Source: Alphaproteobacteria bacterium (lineage in GTDB: Bacteria > Pseudomonadota > Alphaproteobacteria > SHVV01). From it: a stretch of 64,000 nt of DNA. The stretch spans positions 1,263,362 through 1,327,361 of the forward strand of contig CBDHDJ010000004.1 of assembly GCA_965261645.1 (NCBI GenBank). The letters are read 5' to 3'. The notes below the pieces were generated by a model that made no database searches, was not told the DNA's origin, and saw nothing but the letters and a program-made list of their open reading frames with translations. The translations under genes and the position numbers were made by a program. Below are positions 52,355 to 62,185 of this stretch, piece by piece. Each line of letters opens with the position of its first letter. Positions within the stretch are counted from its first letter, which is position 1.

Positions 52355-55300
52355 TTACGCTGGGGTCGCAGCCGCGAGCGGCCAGCGTTCGAGGATGCGG
52401 CCGAGGTCGATGTATTCGGGCACGAACACACGGGTCCGCCACGAGACGATCTCGGTGGCGCACCCCATGCGCTTGAGTGCCGCGAGATCGTTGTCGGCCG
52501 GTCCCTCGATCTCGACGCGGCCAGCGCCCATCAGGCGCCGCCTTGCGAGGCGCCAGCCGTTGGCGAGATCGAAGGACGCACCGCGGATCAGGATCGCCTC
52601 GTGCATCTCGGCCGAACTCATGACCGGTCCGCCGGCCAGTCCGAAGGCGTCGCGAAAGGCGTGCGCCTGCTCGGGCGTCAGAACCCGGCCGAGCAGGCTT
52701 TCCCCGGCATCGGTCGCAAGCCGGCGCACCCGCATGTTCTCGCCCGGCAGGCGGTCCCATATGGGGAGCAGTAGGCCGGTGACCAGCCACAGGCGGGATT
52801 CGGTGTGGCTGGGCAGCCCTTCGATCTCCGCATCCCACAAACTGCGCCAGCGATCTTCGCCTGCATCCTCCCAGTTCGAGGCGGCAAGTTCCTCCGCGGC
52901 CATGGGCTCGCGGGCGGCGGGACGGACCAGGCGGACCCGGGCTTCGACCCCGCCGTCCTCGAACATCCGCGAGGGCGCGGGCAGAACAACGGCTGCACGC
53001 TTCGAGCGGGTGTTGATGACGGGCCGCCCGTCGCGCCAGGCGAGGGCATCGTCCGCCTGGAGCGGCACGAGCCGGTCGCGGCGGACGATCTCGACAAGTT
53101 CGGTGGTGGCGCCCGAGGCTTCATGAACGTGAACCGCCTCGCGCGAGGAGATGCAGAGCGAGTCGGCCCGGATGGTCTCGACACCCTGCTCGTGGGTCCC
53201 GGCCTCGATGGCCTGTTCGATATTGGCCTCGATGCGGGTTTCCAGCTCGGCGAACAGTTCGTTCTGCTCGGCGATGGGCAGGGCCAACAGGCGGTTGAGG
53301 AACCGGGGCATCGGCGGCAGGTCTTCCTTGAGCGAGCCTTCCCAGATCAGCTTCAACCCGGTGGCGTCCTCGAAGCGGTCCATGGACCAGCCCGCAATGT
53401 TGCCGCGCCACAGCGCGATGTAGAACTGGCGCAGCGCCACCTTGGCGTAGGGGCTCTCCAGATTGTCGCTGGCCCGGAACAGGGTGGCGTCGCCGCCGCC
53501 CATGGCGGTCTGCGAATCGCGCTGTCCCCGGGTGATGGCGCCGAGGCTGTCGAGACGCCGGGCGATGGTGGCGATGAAGCAGCGCTCGCCCTTCACATCC
53601 GTGGTGACCGGGCGGAACAGAGGGGCCGAGGCCTGGTGCGTTCGATGGGTGCGGCCCAGGCCCTGGATTGCTTGGTCGGCCCGCCAGCCCGGCTCCAGCA
53701 GGTAATGGATACGCCGCGCAGTGTTGCCGCAGCCGAGATCGGCGTGATAGCTGCGCCCGGTGCCGCCGGCCATGGAGAAGACGAGGATGCGTTTACCGCC
53801 CGCCATGAAGGCGGCGGTCTCGGCGAGGTTGGCCGAGGCCGGGCGGTTGCGTAGCGCCAGGCGCTCGCCGGACGTATCGGCGATACGCAAGATCCGGCGC
53901 GAGCGGCCGGTGACCTCGGCGACGGCCTCGTCGCCGAAGCGGTGGAGGATCTGGTCGAGCGCCGCCTGTACCGGCGGCAACGCCGCGAGCTTCTCGATCA
54001 ACGCGTCTCGCGCAGCGACTGCTTCCTGGCACAAGACCGGGTTGCCCTCGGCGTCGGTCACGGGCCGCGACATGAGATTGCCCTCGTCGTCGGTGAAGGG
54101 TTCCTGCAATTGCACCGGGAAGGCGTGGGCCAGATATTCCAGGCACGCCTCCCTCGGCGTCAGGTCGACGGAGATGTCGTCCCATTCCGAGACGGGGATC
54201 TCGGCGATGCGCCGGTCCAGCAAAGCCTCGCCGGTGGAGACCAGCTGGATGACGCAGGCATGGCCGGCCTCGAGATCGCTCTCCACGGACCGGATCAGCG
54301 AGGGGCATTTCATGGCGGTCAGGAGATGGCCGAAGAAGCGCTGCTTCGCCCCCTCGAAAGCCGACAGCGCGGCGGACTTGGCGTTCTTGTTCAGGGTGGC
54401 ATCGCCTTCCATGATGCCGGTGGCTTTCAGGGCGTCTTCTATATTGCGGTGGATCACCTTGAAGGCCCCGGCATAGGCGTCGTAGATGCGCCGCTGTTCC
54501 GCAGTCAGGGGATGTTCGAGCAGCTCGACCTCGACTCCGTCATAGCTGAGTGCGCGGGCCTGATAGAGCCCGAGGGCCTTCAGATCGCGGGCAACCACCT
54601 CCATCGCCGCGACCCCGCCGGCCTCCATGGCGGTGACGAAATCGGTACGCTGTTCGAAGGGCGTCTCGCCCCCTGAACCCGCGCCGCCCCACAGGCCGAG
54701 GCGCCGCGCATAGGCCAAACCGGGCACCGTGGTGGCCCCGGTGGCGGAGACATACAGGATACGGGCATCGGGCAAGGCGTTCTGCAAACGCAATCCGGCG
54801 CGTCCCTGCTGCGAGGGGGCCGTATCGCCGCGCGATCCCTTGGACCCTGCGGCGTTGGCCATGGCGTGCGCCTCGTCGAACACGATGACGCCGCCAAAGG
54901 CATGGCGGGAGTCTTCATCCATACGATCCGCAAGCCAGCCCACGATCTGTTCGAGGCGCGAGGACTTTTCCTGGCGGGCGGGCGAGCGCAAGGTTGCATA
55001 GGTGGTGAACAGGATTCCGGACTCTTGTGGAATATCGGTCCCCTGGCGGAACTTGCCCAACGGGATGATGTCGGCCTCGCTGCCGCCGATCGCGGCCCAG
55101 TCGCGGCGCGCGTCCTCGAGAAGCTTGTCGGAGGCGGACAGCCACAGCGCCCGGCGGCGGCCGCGCAGCCAGTGGTCGAGGATAATGGCGGCGACCTGGC
55201 GGCCCTTGCCGCAACCGGTGCCGTCGCCCAGCATCCAGCCGCGCCGGAAACGCACTGGCGCGGACAGGGCTTCACCGTCGCCGGCCGCATCCGCGCCGGG

Positions 55301-56971
55301 TTCAAGACCGGCGCTTACGGCTTCTCCCTTATCTGCTTTATTGGCGGTCTCCGGGACGCTATCGCAGTCATCGCTGTTGTCATCGTCATCGTCCGCGACG
55401 CGTGCGACGGTCTCCCAGCCCTCGCCAATGCGGTAGAGCGCGGAAAGATGGCGGCCGTGGGCCTGACCGGCGAGGATGACGCTTTCGAGCTGGGCGTCGG
55501 ACAGTAGTTCGTCCGTCACGATACGCACGGGCAGCATCGGGCGGTAGGCCGGCACGGGATGGGGCACCGCCGCCATGGCGGCGGATTGCACCAGCGGCGT
55601 CGGATGTTCGCAGGCGCCGGGAATGCGCGCGGTCCGGGGACACCACGGCTCGTAGACGCCGGCATGGGTGGTCTCCGGTTCGTCTGCAGTGCCTTGCCCG
55701 TTTGCGGATGGGGTTTCGTAGTCGAGTTCGGCCACCGGCCCCCAATCACGGACTTGCGGGGCTGCGGGTTTGGTGTTGGGCGCGGTGGCCGCTGTGCGCT
55801 TTCGTGGGGCCGGCCGTGCGGCGGCATGGCCGAACACATCGCCGGCCGGAACAAGCGCAGCGGCTATTGGCACGACCGCCTGCCGTTGCGGCACATTGGC
55901 GGCGATGGCTGCAAGCAACCCGGCGGCGGTGGGGACGGATGCCCGTGCGTCGATCGGGACGCCCTGGGCATTGGCGGGATCACGGTCGATTACGGTCAGC
56001 CGGGTATCGAAGGTCGTGCCGCGCCGTGCGTAGGCGCGCCCGTCGATGGCGATGGAAAAGACGGTGCGCGGCGGTGGATCGAGGCGCTCAAAAGCGCGGC
56101 TCCAGGCGGCATCGCCTGGGATGCAGCCGGCCGACGTGATCGCCACCAGCCGCCCGCCCGTCGGAAGCATGGAGAAGGCGGAACGGAGGTGACGCAAATC
56201 CGCATCATGGCGGATGCGCTGGACCCCGGGGCTTGCCGAAAACGGCGGGTTCATCAACACCACTGTGGGATGCAGGCTCGGGAGATAATCGGCGATGGAC
56301 TCCGCGTTGTGACGGGTGACCGGCGCGTGCTCGAACAATCCGGCAAGCAACCCGACGCGGACGGCGGCGATCTCGTTCAGGTGCAGGGGATTCCCCGAAC
56401 GCGTGTCATCGGCGTGCTTGCCGAGAGCGCATTCGGCCATGACGGCGAGCATGCCGGTGCCGGCCGAGGGCTCCAGCACGATGTCGCCGGGCCGGATGGC
56501 AGCGGCTTGCAGCGCGGCGTAGGCGAGCGGCAAGGGGGTGGAGAACTGCTGCGGGGCAAGCTGTTCCTCCGACCGCCTTGTCTGGGACGGCTCCAGCGCC
56601 GCCAGGGTCTCCAGCATGGCGAGCATGGCGGCGGCCGATCCAGGTCCGGCGCCCGCCTCGCGGCGCATGAGACGGCCGTAACGCTGGATGAACAGCACCA
56701 TTGCGGCCTCGGCCGCTTCGTAGGCGTCCTTCCAGACCCAGGCTCCTTGCGTGTCATTGGCGCCGAAGGCCGCGCTCATGGCTTCGCGCAGGGCCTTTGC
56801 ATCGAGCGCGCGGCCCGCCTCCAGGCTGGGAAGCAGAGCGGTTGCGGCGGCCAGCAACGCGGCCGGCTTGGAGAGGACGCCCGGGGTATCGGCAATAGCT
56901 GGGGATGCGGGAAGGGGCTGGACGGCGGGCGGACGCGCGGGCGCGTTCGCCGCCGGTTGGGCGTCGAGCAT
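52355..56971 (-). CDS. N6-adenine methyltransferase fused to SNF2/strawberry-notch-like helicase (1538 aa)
   Basis: Methyltransferase motif I VLEPSAGTGMLAV and motif IV VVLMNPPF. P-loop GDGTGCGKGRQVA with DEAH-like VIVFDEAHAM. C-terminal GRTHRTHQ ... ARRLDSLGAITRG typical of strawberry-notch Helicase_C_4. Confidence 0.8.
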   Translation of the reverse strand: MLDAQPAANAPARPPAVQPLPASPAIADTPGVLSKPAALLAAATALLPSLEAGRALDAKALREAMSAAFGANDTQGAWVWKDAYEAAEAAMVLFIQRYGRLMRREAGAGPGSAAAMLAMLETLAALEPSQTRRSEEQLAPQQFSTPLPLAYAALQAAAIRPGDIVLEPSAGTGMLAVMAECALGKHADDTRSGNPLHLNEIAAVRVGLLAGLFEHAPVTRHNAESIADYLPSLHPTVVLMNPPFSASPGVQRIRHDADLRHLRSAFSMLPTGGRLVAITSAGCIPGDAAWSRAFERLDPPPRTVFSIAIDGRAYARRGTTFDTRLTVIDRDPANAQGVPIDARASVPTAAGLLAAIAANVPQRQAVVPIAAALVPAGDVFGHAAARPAPRKRTAATAPNTKPAAPQVRDWGPVAELDYETPSANGQGTADEPETTHAGVYEPWCPRTARIPGACEHPTPLVQSAAMAAVPHPVPAYRPMLPVRIVTDELLSDAQLESVILAGQAHGRHLSALYRIGEGWETVARVADDDDDNSDDCDSVPETANKADKGEAVSAGLEPGADAAGDGEALSAPVRFRRGWMLGDGTGCGKGRQVAAIILDHWLRGRRRALWLSASDKLLEDARRDWAAIGGSEADIIPLGKFRQGTDIPQESGILFTTYATLRSPARQEKSSRLEQIVGWLADRMDEDSRHAFGGVIVFDEAHAMANAAGSKGSRGDTAPSQQGRAGLRLQNALPDARILYVSATGATTVPGLAYARRLGLWGGAGSGGETPFEQRTDFVTAMEAGGVAAMEVVARDLKALGLYQARALSYDGVEVELLEHPLTAEQRRIYDAYAGAFKVIHRNIEDALKATGIMEGDATLNKNAKSAALSAFEGAKQRFFGHLLTAMKCPSLIRSVESDLEAGHACVIQLVSTGEALLDRRIAEIPVSEWDDISVDLTPREACLEYLAHAFPVQLQEPFTDDEGNLMSRPVTDAEGNPVLCQEAVAARDALIEKLAALPPVQAALDQILHRFGDEAVAEVTGRSRRILRIADTSGERLALRNRPASANLAETAAFMAGGKRILVFSMAGGTGRSYHADLGCGNTARRIHYLLEPGWRADQAIQGLGRTHRTHQASAPLFRPVTTDVKGERCFIATIARRLDSLGAITRGQRDSQTAMGGGDATLFRASDNLESPYAKVALRQFYIALWRGNIAGWSMDRFEDATGLKLIWEGSLKEDLPPMPRFLNRLLALPIAEQNELFAELETRIEANIEQAIEAGTHEQGVETIRADSLCISSREAVHVHEASGATTELVEIVRRDRLVPLQADDALAWRDGRPVINTRSKRAAVVLPAPSRMFEDGGVEARVRLVRPAAREPMAAEELAASNWEDAGEDRWRSLWDAEIEGLPSHTESRLWLVTGLLLPIWDRLPGENMRVRRLATDAGESLLGRVLTPEQAHAFRDAFGLAGGPVMSSAEMHEAILIRGASFDLANGWRLARRRLMGAGRVEIEGPADNDLAALKRMGCATEIVSWRTRVFVPEYIDLGRILERWPLAAATPA

Positions 56972-57217
56972 GAATTGTCTCCCAATTAGAATGGTCGGGC
57001 CGGAGCTGTGGCCGGGGCCTTACAGCTCCGGCGAAGGGCCGGGTGGTGCCGAAAGCCGGTGTCCTCGCTCTCCCGGCCCCGGTTCACCCGGTCCGGGCGC
57101 AACCCGCCTCCTTGCGGACGGGGGCACGGATATGGAGGATTATGCGGGCGCGGTCCGCGGTATCAGGCCGGCACGATGCCGATGCGCTTGCCCCGGGGTT
57201 GGCGGACAGGAACCTGG

Positions 57218-57697
57218 ATGAACCGAACTCTCGTCATCTTCGTTGCATTGTCCGTGTTCTTCTCTATCGGTCCTCTCGCCGATGAAATCCCTTCCGGATT
57301 CGACCCGGGCAGTTCCAAAGCCAAGGGATTGATCCTCACGTTCGAAGACTGGCCGCCGGATAGTGTGGACACGGACCCTCTTCTCCAAAAGCTTCATTCC
57401 GCCGGGCTCAAGGCGGCGCGCAAACTGCCGCGGTTCAGGGTTTGGGTGTTCGAATGGGATGAATGGCAGGAGGGCCGCAGGGCCGAAAACCTGTGTATTG
57501 AACTGCTGCTGGACGATCGAACCTCTTCCCTGTTGGAGAGCTGTGAACCGGATTACTTGCTGCATCCCGCCCGGCCCGCGGCCGGCGGCAACCAGCCGCG
57601 GTGTCATGCCGGTCCGATGTCGATGCGCTCGCCCCAGGGCTCGCGGTTCCTTGTCCCCGGCGGCGACGGCCCCCAGTTGCAAAAAATCACGGGATAG
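57218..57697 (+). CDS. secreted hypothetical protein
   Basis: Clear signal peptide MNRTLVIFVALSVFFSIGPLA. Its 3' end overlaps the convergent vWA gene by about 94 nt, so the C-terminal extent is doubtful. Confidence 0.3.
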   Translation: MNRTLVIFVALSVFFSIGPLADEIPSGFDPGSSKAKGLILTFEDWPPDSVDTDPLLQKLHSAGLKAARKLPRFRVWVFEWDEWQEGRRAENLCIELLLDDRTSSLLESCEPDYLLHPARPAAGGNQPRCHAGPMSMRSPQGSRFLVPGGDGPQLQKITG

Positions 57698-58962
57698 CCG
57701 GGCTTGGTCTCGGGGTAGCTGTCGCATTCCATGTCGGTGAGGTAGAGGCAACAGCTTGGACGCACCCCATGCTCATGGAGCCATGCGAAGCCTGGCCGAA
57801 AATCGGTCCCGCCCCGTCCCTTGATCGTGATGCTGTCCGGTAGTTCCCCGGCGGGATACTGGGCTGCGTCCTGCAGCACCGCGTCGACCTGAAGGACATA
57901 GATGCTGTCCGGTTGCAGTTCGGCGGAGATCTCGCGAATCTCGGCCCAGAACAGGGTCAACGTCTCGCCCGGCAGCGAGCCGGAGGTGTCGATGATGATG
58001 GCGATGGCATCGGTACCCTCCGAATGCCTCGAGGGCAGATAGAGGCCGCTGTCGATGAAACGGCGGTTGGGGACACTCCAGCTATAATCGCGGCGCGCGG
58101 CATCGGTCATGTAGCGGCGCAACAGCGACCGCCAGTAGAGGATGCTCCGATGCGCTTGCCGGATCGTCTCCTCGACTGCGCCCGGCGCGTTGCCTTGCGC
58201 TCGGGCGAGGCTCGCGGCCTGGTGCATGGCCTCGTCCCAGGCCTGCTCCTCGGCGGGTGTGTTCAGAGGCGATTCGTCGGACTGGCCGGTGGCGTCGTCG
58301 CGGCGCTCGTCCGCGTCCATGACTTCGCCGGTGCCGCAAGGGTCGTGGCTGGCGGGCATTTGCCCGGATGGTTTCGAGTCCGCGCTGCCGCTGCCCGGTC
58401 CCGGTTCGTCCTGCTCTTGCGGATTGCGGTCATCGGTTGGATCGGACGGAGCGCTTTGGTCTTCGTCGCCATCACCGCATTGGGGGCCGGCAGCGCTGCC
58501 ACTGTCATCCACATCGCTGGATGAACAGGCATCGCCCGGATCCTCTGAATCGGCGGACGGTTCCGGAAGCCGGTCGTAGGCCTGCTCGGCGCTGATGCCG
58601 TCCCAGGCTTCGGCCTCGGGCGGCAGTGCAAAGCCCGCGTCCCGCAGCAGTCCGTGGCTGACCAGCTGAGAGGCACGTTGCCAGCGCTCGGGGTCGCGGC
58701 CGCGCCGCCGGGTGTGATGCTTCAACGCGCAGGCCAGGACCACGCGCGCGAGCGCGGTCTTGATGTGATCGGCATCCGTGTCCGCCACCCACCCGGGCGC
58801 GTAGCGGATATCCTTGCCGTCGCTGGCCAGGGTCTCACGGGTTGCGTCGGCGCGGATCGGAAGGCGCAATGCCAGGCTGCCGAAGAAGGGCTGGTCGCGC
58901 AACAGCGCGGTCACGCAGTCGCTGACGCGACGGGCGGATTCCGAGTGGGCAGGGGCGGCCAT
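57604..58962 (-). CDS. vWA-like domain protein with N-terminal putative metallopeptidase domain (DUF2201-type)
   Basis: N-terminal DQPFFGSLALRL region, a long acidic low-complexity linker, and a C-terminal vWA-like MIDAS motif (AIIIDTSGS ... TD). Its start overlaps the stop of the upstream gene. Confidence 0.7.
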   Translation of the reverse strand: MAAPAHSESARRVSDCVTALLRDQPFFGSLALRLPIRADATRETLASDGKDIRYAPGWVADTDADHIKTALARVVLACALKHHTRRRGRDPERWQRASQLVSHGLLRDAGFALPPEAEAWDGISAEQAYDRLPEPSADSEDPGDACSSSDVDDSGSAAGPQCGDGDEDQSAPSDPTDDRNPQEQDEPGPGSGSADSKPSGQMPASHDPCGTGEVMDADERRDDATGQSDESPLNTPAEEQAWDEAMHQAASLARAQGNAPGAVEETIRQAHRSILYWRSLLRRYMTDAARRDYSWSVPNRRFIDSGLYLPSRHSEGTDAIAIIIDTSGSLPGETLTLFWAEIREISAELQPDSIYVLQVDAVLQDAAQYPAGELPDSITIKGRGGTDFRPGFAWLHEHGVRPSCCLYLTDMECDSYPETKPGYPVIFCNWGPSPPGTRNREPWGERIDIGPA

Positions 58963-59858
58963 CAGGCTGCCTCCCTGTCCGTGGCGGCGGGCGCGAAGTA
59001 GCCCGCGAATTGCGCCGTGAGCGCATCGGCGTCGCGCTTGACCTGCCGGCGGAGGTTGGGATCGAAGCGCCCCGACGGGCGCAGGGCGTCCGGCTCGATG
59101 CCGGCGAACTTGTCCTTCACCTCCCGGCACAGCATGGCGAGATCGTCGTCGGCGAAGATGTTGAGCCGGGGCACCACATCCACCAGCTCCCTGATGTTCT
59201 CGATCAGGCTGTCCCGGAACACGAACGGTTTGCCGTTCTCGTCCGCGCGCAAGCGTTCGCCGACACGCTCGACCGCCTCGCCGAGGCGCCGGTAGAGATC
59301 GCGCTGCGCATCGTTGAGGCGGGTCCGGACCTGTTGCTCTATATCCCGCTTGACGCGCTCGGTCTCGCCCTGGGCCAGATCGGCCATGAAGTGGCGCGCG
59401 TCGGGGACCGGGACGATGCGGTAGCGAATGGCGAACTTGCCATGAAGCGCCTCCGTGCCGGGATAGTCCTCCAGGCGGAACAGCCGGCCGAGGTCGAGGC
59501 GGGCCTGGTCGACGTAATCGTCGTAGTCCTCGATGAAGCGGGCGCGCTCGCGCACCACGCGCTCGACCAACGAGTCCAGCGCCGCGGTGTAGCGGTCGTA
59601 GTTGGCGACGGTGAGCAGGCGGCCGCCCTGGTCGTCCCACGGCAGAGTGTTGGCATAGTGACTGGTCCTTGCATTGCTCATGGTCGCGGCCAGCGCGGCG
59701 AAGGCCTGCTTGGGCAGGAGGCGTTTGTTGTAGCGCCCGGCGTTGGTGTCGGCATCGTGATGGATGGCGACCTGTTGGCTGGCCTGGCGGTCGTAGAGCC
59801 TGCCGGACCAGGAGTTGATCCGCAGGCTGACGAGCATGGCATCATGGGTGAGATTCAT
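58962..59858 (-). CDS. conserved hypothetical protein between the MoxR and vWA genes
   Basis: 299-aa ORF (MNLTHDAMLVSLRINSWSG...) translationally coupled to the vWA gene. No domain recognised. Confidence 0.5.
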   Translation of the reverse strand: MNLTHDAMLVSLRINSWSGRLYDRQASQQVAIHHDADTNAGRYNKRLLPKQAFAALAATMSNARTSHYANTLPWDDQGGRLLTVANYDRYTAALDSLVERVVRERARFIEDYDDYVDQARLDLGRLFRLEDYPGTEALHGKFAIRYRIVPVPDARHFMADLAQGETERVKRDIEQQVRTRLNDAQRDLYRRLGEAVERVGERLRADENGKPFVFRDSLIENIRELVDVVPRLNIFADDDLAMLCREVKDKFAGIEPDALRPSGRFDPNLRRQVKRDADALTAQFAGYFAPAATDREAA

Positions 59859-59881
59859 GGCGTGGGTCTCCCGGGGTGGTG

Positions 59882-60907
59882 TCAGCGGGTTTTGGTAGCG
59901 GCCCACTGGATAAAGGCCTGGGTATGCTGGAGCGCGGGCTCGCGGCGGATGCAGGAACCGACGAGGAACTCGCCGACCTCGCGCCGGAGGCGCGTGGCAT
60001 AGGTGACGATGGCGCCGAGATTGATGTCGTCGGCCATCCTGTAGAGCGAACCGCAGAGCGCGATCAGCGCACTGGCGTTGCCGGGGACCACGGCGCCCTC
60101 GGGATCGTCGATGACGGTGCGGGGATGGGGCAGTTCGTGCCAGACCTTCAGGAACGCCGAGAACTCGACCGCCGCGGCCTCGCCGACGGTGCCCCGGAAC
60201 AGGGCCCGCTCGGCGACCGGATCGAGGCCACCCCGGCGGTGCACGATGTTCGAGACCATTTCCCAGGTCCTCGGACACGGGAAAGCTTTCTCCGTTGATT
60301 GGGGGTTGAAGGCATGCAGCAACTCGGGCCGCATCGACACGAAGAAAAGCACCTCTGGAGCGATTCCATTCCCCGCGCCCCAGGCGCACCAGTCCGTCGC
60401 ATCGACCCGGATCTCCAGATGGACGAAACGCGAGGCCAGCGGCGTCGGCATCCGGTGGACGACGCCGCGGTCGCCCTCACGGTTGCCGCAGGCGATCAGC
60501 GCGGCGCCCTCGGGGAGTTCATACTCGCCGCATTTGCGGTCGAGCACGAGCTGGTACAGGGCCGCCTGCACCATCGGCAGGGCCGAGGGCAGTTCCTCCA
60601 GATTGATCAACCAGCTTCCGTCCGCATCCGACGGCGGCAGGAAAGCAGGCGGCGCCCAGCGGGTGCGGTCGGCGCTGTCGCGCCACGGGATGCCGCGCAG
60701 ATCGACCGGGTCCAACAGCAGGGCGCGGACATCGACATACTCACGGCCGGCTTGCGCCGCGACCTGTTGGGCGATCTGACTCTTAGCGCACCCTGGAGCT
60801 CCCCAAACCACGCAGGGCTGCCGGGCCTCGACCAGCAGCGCCAGTGTGCTGGCGAGTTCGCTCGGGCGCAGCGAGTAATCGGCGGAGATGGTATCGGGCT
60901 CGGTCAT
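59882..60907 (-). CDS. MoxR-like AAA+ ATPase (AAA_5)
   Basis: Walker A GAPGCAKSQIA, Walker B LINLEEL, sensor and arginine-finger regions. MoxR/RavA-like size of 341 aa. Confidence 0.85.
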   Translation of the reverse strand: MTEPDTISADYSLRPSELASTLALLVEARQPCVVWGAPGCAKSQIAQQVAAQAGREYVDVRALLLDPVDLRGIPWRDSADRTRWAPPAFLPPSDADGSWLINLEELPSALPMVQAALYQLVLDRKCGEYELPEGAALIACGNREGDRGVVHRMPTPLASRFVHLEIRVDATDWCAWGAGNGIAPEVLFFVSMRPELLHAFNPQSTEKAFPCPRTWEMVSNIVHRRGGLDPVAERALFRGTVGEAAAVEFSAFLKVWHELPHPRTVIDDPEGAVVPGNASALIALCGSLYRMADDINLGAIVTYATRLRREVGEFLVGSCIRREPALQHTQAFIQWAATKTR

Positions 60908-61083
60908 GGCATGCTCCAGGCTGGCAGGTGGGATGAATGAGTTGCGGCGCGGACGGCTCCCTCGGACGGCCCGCCCTTTGCCCCGGCCCTGGCTTCGACA
61001 CCGGCTCTCGCCGGCCTGTGGCTTGGCACATGTCCGGGCAGGGTTCGTGGAGCGCGGCCGGGAAGCGGTCGCGGCGCCGCCGT

Positions 61084-61584
61084 TCAGGATTGCCGGCGGT
61101 GGAACGCCGTCCTGCCGCTCACGGTTCCCGTCCCCCGCGGCCGGTTCGCCGGCTTTGCCGAACCTGCGGCGTCCGCGGGCTTGCCGGCGAGGATGCGGGC
61201 AGCGGCTTCGAGTTCAGATCCCGATTCGACGATACGACCGGCGGCGCGCGCGGCCTCGGCGTAAATGGACAGGGAATGGTTGGCGGTAAAATGAATATCG
61301 CGCTCGATGCCGAGCCCGAAGGGTCCCCGGTATTCGGTCAATTCGAGCAAACCGATTGACCCCAATTCGGGTGTGCCGAAGCCCAAATCAGCCAGGCCGA
61401 ATCCACATTCGTCAGGGTATTCGGGATCGATCTCCGACAGCAGCAAGGTGCCGGTCCCGCCAGCATTGAACCACTTGACCACGGGCTCGTGGTCGGGCCC
61501 CCTTCGGGTCCCATTTGCAAGCAGCTTGGTGCGCTGTGCTTCGGTGAGCAGTTTCATGGAATGGTCCTCTCGAATATCGGTCAT
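61084..61584 (-). CDS. DUF2958-family protein, common on ICEs and plasmids
   Basis: MKLLTEAQRTKLLANG ... PVVKWFNAGG ... TWLLSEIDPEYPD ... GLADLGFGTPELGSI. Start taken at the second Met. The family name is by recall. Confidence 0.6.
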   Translation of the reverse strand: MTDIREDHSMKLLTEAQRTKLLANGTRRGPDHEPVVKWFNAGGTGTLLLSEIDPEYPDECGFGLADLGFGTPELGSIGLLELTEYRGPFGLGIERDIHFTANHSLSIYAEAARAAGRIVESGSELEAAARILAGKPADAAGSAKPANRPRGTGTVSGRTAFHRRQS

Positions 61585-61688
61585 CGGGATGCACCCGCGC
61601 CCCGGCCCGGTGTCGGCGGGCCGAAAGCCGGCCCCGGCCCGGAGTGGCGCGAAGCAGGCGGTTTGCGATGGATGAATGCCGTCGGCGA

Positions 61689-62183
61689 TCAGCCGGCCGG
61701 CGGCGGTCCGGTGTCGCCGGGATCCAGAATGAGCACGCATGCACGGCCGCCGCTGACGGCCACATCCGGAGCGCCATCGGCTCTGCGGGCGACGGTGACG
61801 AGAGGCTTGTTGCCCGGCGGGGCCGGCGGATCGGTGACTTCCGTCGTGACGGTGCCGGCGTGTTCGACGAAACGAATAAGGACGGTGCCGCCCGCGACCT
61901 CAATGCCGCCGGGCGGGCGGAGGCCGGTCAGTGTGACTACTGGCGGCTCGCCGTTCTGGGTGAAACGGTCCGGAACGGGGATCGCGGTGTCGCCCCAGGG
62001 GTCGGCGTCCTCACCCTCGGCAATGGCATCGACAAATGTTGGGCCGCAATCGTCGGAGGGTTTCCAGTGGGGATCGTCGCCGGCTAACTCGATGGCCTTT
62101 TCCAGCGCCGCGTCGAGGGTATCGGCTTCGAGCGTTACAGTGTTGTGGTAGTGGGATGAGTAGCCGCAACAGACGGTATAGTG
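61689..62183 (-). CDS. hypothetical protein
   Basis: 165-aa ORF starting at MTHYTV. The upstream part of the listed ORF is Arg-rich junk. Confidence 0.4.
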   Translation of the reverse strand, partial: HYTVCCGYSSHYHNTVTLEADTLDAALEKAIELAGDDPHWKPSDDCGPTFVDAIAEGEDADPWGDTAIPVPDRFTQNGEPPVVTLTGLRPPGGIEVAGGTVLIRFVEHAGTVTTEVTDPPAPPGNKPLVTVARRADGAPDVAVSGGRACVLILDPGDTGPPPAG

Positions 62184-62185
62184 AG

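Noticed and set aside
57008-57217. N-terminal 70-codon extension of the secreted-protein ORF
   Set aside because: Arg/Gly-rich junk preceding an obvious signal peptide that begins at 57218.
59882-60907. MoxR/vWA pair as NorQ/NorD- or CbbQ/CbbO-type enzyme activase
   Set aside because: No nitric-oxide reductase, RuBisCO or other client enzyme genes lie nearby. The pair is embedded in a conjugative-element backbone with an extra unknown gene, so the metabolic-activase reading was set aside.
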